A program made the position numbers and the translations under genes. Below are positions 25,394-37,240 of a stretch of DNA of 64,000 bases, piece after piece. The DNA is from Octopus vulgaris. Taxonomy: Eukaryota. Under the pieces are notes generated by a model, which worked only from the letters and a program-made list of their open reading frames with translations, had not been told where the DNA came from and searched no databases. Within the stretch, counting starts at the first letter, position 1, and the number at the start of each line of letters is the position of its first letter. The stretch is from NCBI GenBank assembly GCA_951406725.2, contig OX597837.1, positions 26,536,001-26,600,000 of the forward strand. Reading direction: 5' to 3'.

Positions 25394-26725
25394 TTATATC
25401 GGTAGTTTGGCTTGTTCGGCAGTTTCGCCTTCTTCTTCATTTTTTTTTTCCTTGGCTCGTGGGGGAGTCCGACGTAGGCCCTCGTATAGATATGGAGACA
25501 TGTCCAGTCTCAGAGGGCCCACGTCGTGGAAGAACTCGGATTTTATCCTCCTGTAGTCCTTCCGGCCTATTTTGTATATGATGAAGTCTTTCATCTTCCT
25601 TATACGTTCCACCTTGGCCATGGCTGCCAACACATTGACAAGTCTGTTGTTAGTAGCCTTAATGGCCATAAATGAAGAAGTAACCTCTTTCCTTTTCTTC
25701 AGGTTTTCTTCTTCTTGAGGGGTGGTTTCAGTTTTCCGTTTTTTTTTGGTAACTTTAGACCACCCCTCCTCTTTTTCGTTTTCTTTTTCCTTTTCTGCAG
25801 CTTTTTCCACCTCTTTGGTTTCCTTTTTTTCCTCCGTTTCTTCTTTCTCCGACGGTTCTTCTGCCTGCGGTTTCGGTTGACACTCCGCTCTCACGTGCCC
25901 CTTCTTTCCGCAGCCGAAGCACCTCGGTTTTCTTCCTTCTACAAATACTAGAACTCGCTCCTCCTCATCTAGCCTCAGCACCTCTGGTATTTCTTCCAGA
26001 GTCTGGGCCTCTGCTTGTATAGCCATTGTTATGATCTGGCCCTGCCAAAATCCCTCCTCCTCCACTGTAGCTTGGAGGATGTTGATTTTTTCTTTCAGGC
26101 CCAGCATCACTGCCGCCACCAGGCATGAGGCGTCTGCCTCTGGGGGAATATTTCTCATTACTATCTTTGAAGTCCTTCTTCCTTTGTACAAGGGTAGAAG
26201 GACTAGATTTCCCGCTTTCTGAGGTTCTGTGGATAGCTTCTTAGCTATTTCTTCGGTCCTGAACCTCACTTCTACTGTTCCGAACCGTCTTCCTCTGTTT
26301 ATATAAGTGATATCTTTTCTGATTGTCTTCAGGCACTCCTCTATTTTACATTCTTCCACTTTTTGTATGCTTTTTGTAGTCATGCTGTATGTCTTGTAGA
26401 TAATTCTTTTCTTTTCAATCTCTTCCTTTTTTTCCATATCTTTTTTCACTGCAATTTCATTTCCTTCTTTCTTTAGAAGGTCTTCATATTTCTCTAGGTT
26501 TTCTATATCTATGTTTTTCTGTTTGCGTCCAACAACTTCCGCAAACTTCTTTGCTGGGGCCTTTTGTCCTGGCGTTACCGCCGATTCTTTTTCCGGTGTC
26601 ACCGCCGGCGTGCTTCTCTCACCCGAGGTTTGAGATTCTTCATCACCTGAGATAGGTGAATAGGTAATGGGGAAATCCATTTCGAATTTTTCTTCCAGTT
26701 TGCATTCACTGCCTTCCAAAGACAT
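25394..26725 (-). CDS. Tx1-like ORF1, intact, 443 aa from the first ATG (MSLEGSECK)
   Basis: Open frame with CX2CX4HX4C knuckle, lysine/glutamate-rich linker and WSKVTKKKRK basic motif, directly upstream of ORF2. Confidence 0.9.
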   Translation of the reverse strand: MSLEGSECKLEEKFEMDFPITYSPISGDEESQTSGERSTPAVTPEKESAVTPGQKAPAKKFAEVVGRKQKNIDIENLEKYEDLLKKEGNEIAVKKDMEKKEEIEKKRIIYKTYSMTTKSIQKVEECKIEECLKTIRKDITYINRGRRFGTVEVRFRTEEIAKKLSTEPQKAGNLVLLPLYKGRRTSKIVMRNIPPEADASCLVAAVMLGLKEKINILQATVEEEGFWQGQIITMAIQAEAQTLEEIPEVLRLDEEERVLVFVEGRKPRCFGCGKKGHVRAECQPKPQAEEPSEKEETEEKKETKEVEKAAEKEKENEKEEGWSKVTKKKRKTETTPQEEENLKKRKEVTSSFMAIKATNNRLVNVLAAMAKVERIRKMKDFIIYKIGRKDYRRIKSEFFHDVGPLRLDMSPYLYEGLRRTPPRAKEKKNEEEGETAEQAKLPI

Positions 26726-27149
26726 TCTGGCTTTGCAGCCGTTAGTAGAAAATATTTTTTTTTTTTTTTTTGTTTTTTTTTGTTTTTGGATGTGTTTCGT
26801 ACACGAAGGCACACAATAATTCCCCCCGCGGGGGGAACTACGTACACAACCTTCGCGCGAAGGCCACTAACCGTCTTATTGAAAAGACACAAAATAACAA
26901 TATTAACACAGCAACAATAAACTACTAACTTTCAATTCAACAACAATATTTCAGACAAAAAAACTCACGTTTCGTTTTTGAGTATCGATGTTCACAATTT
27001 TTTTTTCAAGAGAATTACCACGTTTAAATAAGAAATGAAAATCATTTAAGTTAATCATGCAATTTTGGGAATATTCCATTTTTTACTGATATATACTACA
27101 ATAACAAAGAAATTATTTAAGATTTTAGATTTATGCATAAGTATTCTTA

Positions 27150-27465
27150 TGGTTCCAAAACGCATGGTTCTCAGTTCAGCCCCACTGTGTGGTAACTTGG
27201 CATGTGTCTTCTACTATAGCCTGAGACCAACCAAAGCCTTGTCAGTGGATTTTGTAGACAGAAACTGAAAGAAATCAATCGTATATATTATCTATGTATG
27301 TATGTAAGTCTGTGTGTGTGTCTTTGTGTTTCTCCCTCATCACTGCTTCACAAATGGTGTTCGTTTATTTACATCCCCATAACATACTGGTTTCACAAGA
27401 AGAAACTGATAGAATAAGTACCAGGCTTATCAAAATTTAAAAAAGCTCTACGCAGTGTCTCACAT
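27150..27465 (+). mobile_element. Diverged SINE family A; its 3' part plus flank is tandemly duplicated
   Basis: catggttctcagttcagccccactg..; block 27247-27465 recurs at 30228-30450. Confidence 0.7.
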
Positions 27466-27544
27466 ATATATGGATTTCGTGGACAGGAATTGAAACAAAT
27501 CAATCGTATATATATATATGTATATATGTAAGTGTATGTGTTTT

Positions 27545-30220
27545 AGTATTGGCAACATGAATGACAATGGCCAGAGACTACTTGAATTTTGCACATACCA
27601 TAACCTGTGCATCACCAACACATTCTTTCCCAACAAGACATCCCACAAGGCATCTTGGAGACATCCAAGATCTCACCACTGGCATCAGTTGGATCTCATC
27701 ATTACACGAAGATCCTTTCTGAATTCTGTTCAACTGACCCGTAGCGCGGATTGTGACACAGATCATTCACTAATAAGGGTGAGGATTCTGCCTAAAAAGT
27801 CCATCACTCCAAGAAAATGAGCCAACCACGCATTAACACTGCCAGAACCTCGGACCCTACACTGCGACAATGTTTTGCTGTTTCTATCAAGGTTGCCCTC
27901 AGTAGCTGCCCAACCTCCTCTGCTGAAAGTAGGTGGAATTATATCAGGGAAGCTTTGTATACCACATCAATAGATACTTTCGGAATGAGAGAAAGGTAAA
28001 ACCCAGATTTTGTTCAGTGCTGGGCTCTCAGAGCTGGAAACAATTATCGAAGCAAAGCGTGCAGCTCTGATGCAATACAAGAGTGTTTCTTCTACAAAGT
28101 CACTCGAAGAACTCAGAAAGGCAAGAAATAAAACCCAACTCACTGCCAGACGCTGTGCAAATGGGTATTGACAGGAAATCTGTCAGAGTATCCAGTCAGC
28201 TGCTGACAGTGGTGACACCCGTGGGATGTATGCCGGTTTGAAGAAGGCCCTCGGTCCATCCGCAACCACCTCAGCCCCTCTGAAATCAACTACTGGAGAT
28301 CTCATCAAGGACCAAAGCAAGCAAAAGGATACATGGATGGAGTACTACCAGGATCCCAACACACGAGAGGTAGCTGAGGCTGCAATCGAGGGTGTCAAGA
28401 TCTTGCCAGTCATGTGTGAACTTGACAGTCTGCCATCTATAGCAGAGCTCACCAAATCTATTGACTCCCTAGCAAGTAACAAGGCTCCGGGGAAAGACGG
28501 TATCCCCTTAGAGATCATCAAAACCGGCAAAAATACCATCCTGCTTCGGCACATTCATGAGCTTCTGTGTCAGTGCTGGTAAGAGGGTACAGTCCCTCAG
28601 AATATGCGGGATGCTAACATCATTACGCTTTACAAAAATAAAAGTGACCGTGATGATTGTAACAATTACACAGTTGGAAAGGCCTCTGCTCGCATTATCC
28701 TGTCCAGGCTGCAACTAATTGCTTCTCGAATTTATCCAGAATCGCAGTGTGGCTTTAGAAGCAGATCAACTATTGACATGATATTCTCCATACGCCAACT
28801 TCAGAAGTCCAGAGAGCAGAACATGGCATTATATATGGCCTTCATTGATCTGACAAAGGGCTTTGACTTGGTAAGTAGAAAAGGCCTCTTCATCCTGCTC
28901 CAAAAAATCGGATGTCCACCAAAGCTGCTGAGGATCATCAAATCATTCCATGCTAATATGCAAGGCACCATACAGCACAATGGTTCAACATCAGCCGCCT
29001 TCCAAATAAAAAATGGGGTAGAGCAAGGTTGTGTCCTTGCTCCTACATTATTTGGCATCTTCTTCTCGCTGCTGCTGTCACATGCCTTTGAGACATCAGA
29101 TGATGGAGTGTTTCTGCACAGTAGAAGTGATGGGAAACTGTTTAATCTCTCGCGTCTGCGTGCCAAGACCAAAATCTCAGAAGCGTCCTGATCAAGGAGA
29201 TGCTATTTGCTGATGATGCCGCTCTGGTATCACACACAGAAGAAGCCCTACGAAGGCTCAGCAACTGTTTTGAGCAAGCATTTGGCAACTTTGGCTTAGT
29301 TATCAGCCTCAAGAATACCAACATCATGGGTCAGGCTACATCGGACATCCCAAACACACATATTAGAGACCACAGAGTATAGGAGGTGGAGAAGTTTACC
29401 TATCTTGGCTCTACCGTCACCTACAATCTATCCCTTGATGCTGAGCTCAATATACGCATTGGCAAGGCAGCTGCTGTGATGGCCCAACTCACCAAACGCG
29501 CATGGGACAACAATAAGCTGACCAAGACCACAAAAATGAAGATTTACCAGGCATGTGTACTTAGCACTCTACTGTATGACTTTGACGCCATACACACGCC
29601 ATACGACGCCATACGTCGCCTAAATATCTTTCACTTGTGCTGTCTCCGGAAAATCCATCGCATCAAATGGCAGAATCATGTCCCTAACAAAGATGTCCTC
29701 AAGCAAGCAGGAATACCAAGCATGTTTGCACTCTTCACACAAAGACGTATGAGATCGCTTGGACATGTTAGCCGTATGGAAGATGGCAGAATCCCCAAGG
29801 ACATACTCAACGGAGAGCTTGCTAGGGGCACTAGGTCTGTGGGAAGACCGTTCTTATGATACAAGGATGTTTGCAAAAGGGACATGAATGCCTGCAACAT
29901 CAATATTACCAACTGGGAAGCAGTTGCCAGCAACCGTGGAGATTGGCGATGTATCGTAAAAGAGGGAACACAAAGGAGTGACATAGTGAGAAAGGAGAAA
30001 TGGAAAGACAAGAAAAGACGTCAACAAAAAACTATGACATTAAGACCAGTCAGGCAAAGTCTTCGCTACATTTACGGCACCTGCCAGAGGGAGTGTTTGT
30101 CCCGGATAGGACTACACAGCCACAGCAAGAGATGTATTAGGACATGAAATGTAAAAGCCGGACTAGATTATTTTATGCGCAACTCCATTGTCTCCTGAGA
30201 CAAAAAGGATGCCAACAACA
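27545..30220 (+). mobile_element. 5'-truncated decayed RTE (Bov-B-like) LINE
   Basis: NGQRLLEFC, HQLDLII, DCDTDHSL (APE); KAPGKDGIP, PESQCGFR, AFIDLTKGFD, QGCVLAPTLF, LFADD (RT); C-terminal C..C..RIGLHSH; 3' gtctcctgagac..gatgcc(aac)n tail. Confidence 0.92.
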
Positions 30221-30501
30221 ATATATATGGATTTCGTAGACAGGAACTGTAACAAATAAATCGTATATATATGTATGTATATATGTAAGTGTATGTGTGT
30301 GTCTTTGTCTCTGTGTTTCGCCCTCATCACTGCTTCACAACTGCTGTTCACTTATTTACATCCACATAACTTACTGGTTTCACAAGAACAAACTAATAGA
30401 GTAAGTACTAGGCTTATCAACATAAAAAAGCACTAGGCTGTGTCTCATATTTTTGTTTGCCCACTCAGTTGTATCTATCAATTTATCTTTGTGTGTGTGT
30501 A

Positions 30502-30550
<49 letters not shown>

Positions 30551-31639
30551 CACCCTAATGGGAGCCATAAATCCCAAATTTTAGTAATTTCTTTTATGAT
30601 CCAAAACTTGGTCAAAAGTACTGAATGGATCTTTATGAAATTTGGAAATTATATTCTATGCATAAGGGCCATAACTCCCATGACAATTCATATATTTTTG
30701 CTTTTGATGAAATTTTAACCATAGACATTAGACACAAATGAAGTAATATCTATAAAATTTCATCTTACAAAGTTAGAAAGATCCCTCCATGGGGACTTAA
30801 CATCTACAATTTTGTCATTTTATCTAAGCAAAAATGAATACAGTTGTGCTCTTGGAAGCTGTAGGGTTACCCGAGCATAAAAGATGAGCATTATTTGTAA
30901 TTCAATGGTACAACAGTGTAACAGTTTTCTTTGACATACACTTACATTGTGATTTCTGCAATGTGCTGCATAAATTGTCAAGTAAATGAGAGGCATCTTT
31001 GCCTCCACTGATTCAGTTGCAAAGTGTAGAGTAAAATTTATTTGATTGCAGACCTCCTTTCAGTCTTTTTATTATCACTCGGTCACACATAGTCCCCAGA
31101 TGGTAACATCGATTTCAAGGCCTTCCCAGATGAGTGACTGGTTATTCGAAGACATTTATAGATTTTAAATTTATTCTGTCCAGTTACGTATCAGTATAGT
31201 GGTCATTTGCAAACTACAGAGGTGACACTTTCATTTCTCCTTAGCTCTCACGTCAAACAGTTGTTAATGTTGATTTCAGTTGGGTCACGCCCTTCCAATT
31301 GCTATAGATTCGTAATGCATCTTACGGCTGTGCATGTCACCTGGATGGTGAGGAATCCTACATTAGGAGTGGTAACAACTAGGGTAGGGTAACTGACTGC
31401 TTATTGTGATCATTCGTCTTTTGGTTTCCTGTAGCTTTGCTCTCTTTTACAAACCCAGTGAACATATATTTCCTATTTCAAAGAAATTCAAACAATAGAT
31501 ATAAGACCCAAGTTAAAAAGATTTTCAACAATTCAACTTCTCTGGTTGACATTAAGATGCCCACCCCCAACAGGGGCCTTAACTCTCACATTTTAGAGCT
31601 CCATGACCTTCATTTTTCAGGAACAAAATCTTTTTAACA

Positions 31640-31864
31640 AGTTAAATAAGACTGGAATTTTGGAATATGCGCATAAAAATCAGGATTATGGGATATATGT
31701 GGCACGATTACAATTTTTTAGGGTGTGTAAAGATTGAAATAACCCTCATCTGCAATTTTGATGAAATTCGAAACATAGATATTCCAGTTCATCACAGAAG
31801 ATATAACAGAAAAGTCTAATTCTCCAATTGAATGTAATCGGGCAACGCCGGGTATCTCTGCTAG
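31640..31864 (+). mobile_element. Helitron-like 3' end
   Basis: cgggcaacgccgggtatctctg-CTAG followed by t. Confidence 0.5.
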
Positions 31865-32237
31865 TTATATATAAATATAAATAAGTAAAAGATATGCAAT
31901 AAATATAAATATGTATATAAAAGTAAAAATGTACATATATATATATATATTCTTTCTTTTCTTTCTTTTATTCTTTTACTTGTTTCGACCCGAACACTTC
32001 TTTAAAGTAATTCTATATATTTCGCAAGAAAGAACAATAATATTATGTATATACATGCCACCATCGGGGGGACAAACACAAACACACACACAGTTTCCGT
32101 CTACCAAATTCACTCACAAGGCTTTGGTTGGCCTGAGGCTCTAGTAGAAGACCAAGGCGTCACGCAATGGGGCTGAACCCAGAACCATGTGGTTGGTAAG
32201 CAGGCTACTTACCACACAGCCACTCATGCATATGTAT

Positions 32238-32322
<85 letters not shown>

Positions 32323-32584
32323 TGTGTGTCTGTGTGTAGTTTGACAAGTGTCAATGAACGAAACTCTCGCCCCTCGAGTCACTCTGTTGCTTCTGCTAAA
32401 TATTGATAAACACATATATGATGAGCTTTTTCAGATTCCGTCAACCACATCTACTCACAAGGGTTTAGTCGACTCAGGGCTATAGTAGAAACACCCGCTC
32501 AAAGTGCCACGCAGCTGGACTGAACCCGGAACGGCTTACAACACAGTCACGCCTGCTTCTATTCACATATATACATGATATATA

Positions 32585-32814
32585 TTTCTTTTGCTACCCA
32601 CAAGGGGCTAAACATAGAGGGGACAAACAAGGACAGACAAACGGATTAAGTCGATTACATCGACCCAGTGCGAAACTGGTACTTTATTTATCGACCCCGA
32701 GAGGATGAAAGGCAAAGTCGACCTCGGCGGAATTTGAACTGAGAACGTAGCGGCAGACGAAATACTGCTAAGCATTTCGCCCGGCGTGCTAACGCTTCTG
32801 CCAGCTCGCCGCCT
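32585..32814 (-). mobile_element. SINE family B, Tx1-type tail
   Basis: Full head, core and tail ttgtcccctctatgtttagccccttgtgggtag. Confidence 0.85.
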
Positions 32815-32954
32815 CTTGCATATAAATCTATGTGCGTATATAGACACAGTTATACATACACATACCTAGTCATAGATGGCTACACACACTAACACACACG
32901 TACACATACACATGCAAGTAGTCACACGAGTGTACACACAACCACACACATACG

Positions 32955-33009
<55 letters not shown>

Positions 33010-33545
33010 ACTCGCACGCACGCACATAATCTCCTTTCCTCTCACCCTTATTCTTCTAAGCAAACACACATCTATACACACATAGAAAGGCATGCATGCA
33101 CGTAGACATAAGATTAATTCGCGGCCATATTCAGGGCAGACGTTGAAGAGAAAGGACAAGCTATTGAAAAGGTCGCGAAAAATAGCGACGAACGGACATT
33201 CACGAAGAAATAAAACCTTGATTGCTTAACCAGCACGTTAAACAAACGATCGATTACGAAGTTGGTCAGATGTGTAACCATATCGTTATTGGCATAATGA
33301 CCCTCCCAAGAAGCAACAAGATGTGTGTGAGTGTGTGTACGTATGTGTATATATGTATGTGTGTGTGTGTGTATGTATGTGTGTGTGTGTGTGTGGCAAA
33401 AACAGATCGATAGAATAAGTACTAGGCTTACAAAGAATAATCCCTAGAGTCGATTTGCTCGACTAAAGGCAGTGCTCCAGCATGGCCAAAGTCAAATGAC
33501 TGTAACAAATAAAAATAAAAGAGATATATATATATATATATATAA

Positions 33546-33592
<47 letters not shown>

Positions 33593-33593
<1 letters not shown>

Positions 33594-33989
33594 TAGCAGT
33601 GTCGCCCGGCGTTGCTCGGGTTTGTAAGGGAAATAACTATATAAGCATTTTTAGAGATGTAAAGTATAATAGCCATCTCAATATGGCTAACCACAAAGGG
33701 GGGGGGTTACTGTAGCTTTTTACATTCTGAGATTTAATAATACATTTTAGAGAGTTACTTCCCTTATATAAACCGAGCGAAAATGCATTAAGAATGCGGA
33801 AAAAATTATGGTAATTTGTTTTTTTAAATCGTAAACTCATCGTAGACGTGCGCTAATACCCAGAAGGGCTCGATATGAATCACAACTATAAGATACCCGC
33901 TTTTGGTTACACTGCACCGCAAAATGAGGGGGTAGTTAGGAATCTAAATCGTAGGAGACAGACACACAACTTCACTTTTATATATAAAG

Positions 33990-33990
<1 letters not shown>
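33593..33990 (-). mobile_element. Non-autonomous Helitron
   Basis: Minus strand starts TCtttatatataaaag and ends ccgagcaacgccggg..gCTAG; sister copies at 36043 and 38345. Confidence 0.75.
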
Positions 33991-34021
<31 letters not shown>

Positions 34022-34034
34022 ACATATATATACA

Positions 34035-34088
<54 letters not shown>

Positions 34089-34094
34089 ATAAAT

Positions 34095-34665
34095 ATTAGG
34101 GAATAAATCCAAATTTACAGGGAAAAATCAGATTTAGGATTGAATCCAATTTTATAGTAAAATATAATATAATATTAGAGACAAAACCACTATTATGCAA
34201 ATCAAACAAAGAAAGACTTAATCCAATACATAAAAAAATTTATATAAATTAAATATAATTAAGATATCCACTACGATCGTTTCTTGTCACTTCTATTGAC
34301 ATTCATCAGGTGGTTTCAAGACCTAAAATATAATCAATATTTTTAAGATATAAATTTGAAATAACTAATATATATAAAATATAAGATTATCAATGAAAAT
34401 ATATATAATCAAGAACTACAATAACCTCTATAAACGATTGTATATAATTAAACCTAGTATATTTAAATTCTCATATTTAAAGATGAAATCGCTAATTTCA
34501 AAAAACAAAAAATAAAAAATATATATACACACTTGCTCATGCACATATATCCATATATGTATATAAGTGGATATCTTAATTATATTTAATTTATATAAAA
34601 ATTTTTATGTATTGGATTAAGTCTTTCTTTGTTTGATTTGCATAATAGTGGTTTTGTCTCTAAAA
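34095..34665. mobile_element. Penelope-like fragment in (TA)n with a ~95-bp inverted repeat and a degenerate hammerhead
   Basis: 34177-34270 is inverted at 34568-34662; minus strand ctgatga-atgtca..tgaca-agaaa at 34270-34320. Confidence 0.5.
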
Positions 34666-35122
34666 ATATATATATATATATATATATAATTTGAGGGAAT
34701 ATTATTCATAACTTACAGGGAAAAATTCAATTTCGAAATACTAAATCAAATTTCACAAAATATAATATATATATATATATAAAATTAGAAAAAAACACCT
34801 TTTATCAATTCAAAATGAACAATTAAATTACACCATCTAGAAAATTACATATAATAGAAATATTAAATATAAAATAACAATAATATACCGATGATTAAGT
34901 AATGTGCAAAATAATAAATAAATCGTATATATCATGAATTGATAAAAGGTGTTTTTTTTTCTAATTTATATATATATATATATAGCATAATTAAATCTCA
35001 GAATGAGATTGAAACAGTAATCGCTCGATAATGTAATGTATAGAAGCCATCTTATCATGGCTAACCACATCGGGGATCCCCAATGTGGTTAGCCATGATA
35101 AGATGGCTTCTATACTTTACAT

Positions 35123-35173
<51 letters not shown>

Positions 35174-35174
35174 T

Positions 35175-35552
35175 ATATTTATTTATTACACACATGTGAG
35201 TGAGAACACTTTGAGATATTTTTGGTATCTAACATATGTCAGATACTGCGAGCGCTGCTTCTGATTGGTCAATCCATGGTGATGACCCGAGGTCACGGTG
35301 ACAGCGCTGCTTCTGATTGGTCAATCCATGGTGATGACCCGACGTCACGGTGACGGTACTACTTTTGTCATTCATAAGTTACAACTAAACGTGAAGAATT
35401 TAGTTATTGGGTTAATAAAATATGGTCGTTTATTTGTGTGTAATAAATAAAATACCAAACTCATTCCCTATGGATACCGTATTTATTACAACTCGTTTGC
35501 AAGCCACTCGTTGTAATAAATACGGTATCCATAGGGAACTCGTTTGGTATTC
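35175..35552. mobile_element. Short non-autonomous element with internal 52-bp tandem duplication and long terminal hairpin (possibly Crypton-like)
   Basis: ttattacaca/tgtgtaataa inverted motif; duplicate at 35251-35354; hairpin 35452-35550. Confidence 0.4.
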
Positions 35553-36042
35553 TCTATATATATTCAGTCAAACTAATGCACCTGCTTGTTATTCCTGCAC
35601 CTGTCTTCGTCTTTTGTTGTTTTCTGTAAATATATCCTTTTATATATGTGTGCTGCAAGATTCTTGATGTGAAACCGTGCGTTGAAACAGATATTGTTGT
35701 ATTTCGAGATTTTTTCCCTCTTTTTGCCAAATAAACAGGCGCACTATATAATTCCCTTTTCACTCATTTATTACTGTTCTTATTCTAATTTATGTTTATC
35801 GTCCGGAAATCTTTCGTCACACCTCTGTGAACTCTTCAGCGACACTTTCTGTCTTCGTGTGTACTCTTGCTCCGCTTTTATACATATACACACATACGCG
35901 AGTAAATATACGGGTAAAACCCTTGTGGTATGCTATATAAAGCTCGTATAAAGTCTTACTCAAAGAAGGTGCATTTCACACCTTGAATGTGTCGAAACAA
36001 TTGTAATGTTTATAGATAATGTCATATATATATATATATATA

Positions 36043-36409
36043 CTAGCAGTATCGCCCGGCGTTGCTCAGGTTTGTAAGGGAAATAACTATAAAGCATTTT
36101 TAGAGAGTTATAGCCAAAAAATAGCAAAAAAATGGGAAAAAAATGATGGTAAATTTGTTTTGAGAGTTAAAAAAGGTGGAGTTGCGTCCCCTAGACGGTC
36201 TGTGGTTTGGGTTTCTGATTCTCGACCCCATGTCGAATTTATCGATTTTTTTCAGAACTGGGGGAACTTTTCAAAATTTTCGCTGCGTTAGTTTTGAATT
36301 ATGACATTAGGCTATGTGTGAGTCAAGTTTCATCAGAATCGGTTGAAAGCCGTGGTCAGAGTGAGGGTACGAGAAAACAGACACACAGAAAACGCACAGA
36401 CAAACTGCC

Positions 36410-36425
<16 letters not shown>
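36043..36425 (-). mobile_element. Non-autonomous Helitron with variant interior
   Basis: Same CTAG/hairpin 3' end as 33593. Confidence 0.7.
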
Positions 36426-36462
<37 letters not shown>

Positions 36463-37151
36463 CATGTATGTATGTATGTATGTATGTATGTATGTATGTA
36501 TGTATGTATGTATGTATGCATGTATGTGTATATGTATATACTTACATATATATGTATATACATATGCATATATGGGTACAGGACGTCACAGAAGGTAAAC
36601 AACAGGAAATACGAAATACGAAAATATGGAATACGAACTTTTTTGCGAACAGCGAAAGAAACAACATTATCGATGATGCCCGAAATTGCGTTTGACTCCT
36701 CTTGCTGATAACTGATGAAGAATTTGTGACCTTGTGTGTTTTCAGTTCGCCTGTGCATTTAGTATGTGTTCGTTTGTTTATTTACAATACGTTTATTTTT
36801 AATTATATATATATAGATATGTCATATTTCCCGTTTGTTGTCTTTTTATTTAATCCTGAAGATATTATTTATGTAACGCACGAACTCATTAATCTTTTAC
36901 CTATATATATATGTGTGTATGTGTGTGTGTATGTGTGCGTGTGTGTGTGTGAGTGTGCGCGCCTGTGTCTGTGTGTGTAGTTCAAATTTACAGAAAACAA
37001 ACGACGAAGACAGGTGAAAGAACAACAAGCAGAGTTTGAAGGTTTTTTAGTTATAGAAATCGACCCCAGGACTTACTCTTTGGAACCCTAGCACTTATTC
37101 TATCGGTTTCTTTTTCTAAAACGCTAAGCTACGGGGACGTGTATATATATA

Positions 37152-37240
<89 letters not shown>

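Larger units (their letters stand above)
21736..26973 (-). mobile_element. Full-length L1/Tx1-clade LINE, copy 2
   Basis: Direct repeat of copy 1 offset by about 5245 bp; third target copy gtttttgagtatcgat at 26974-26989. Confidence 0.95.

Noticed and set aside
30820-31430. Possible decayed transposase or zinc-finger relic
   Set aside because: No motif could be read with confidence; needs tblastx or HMM search.
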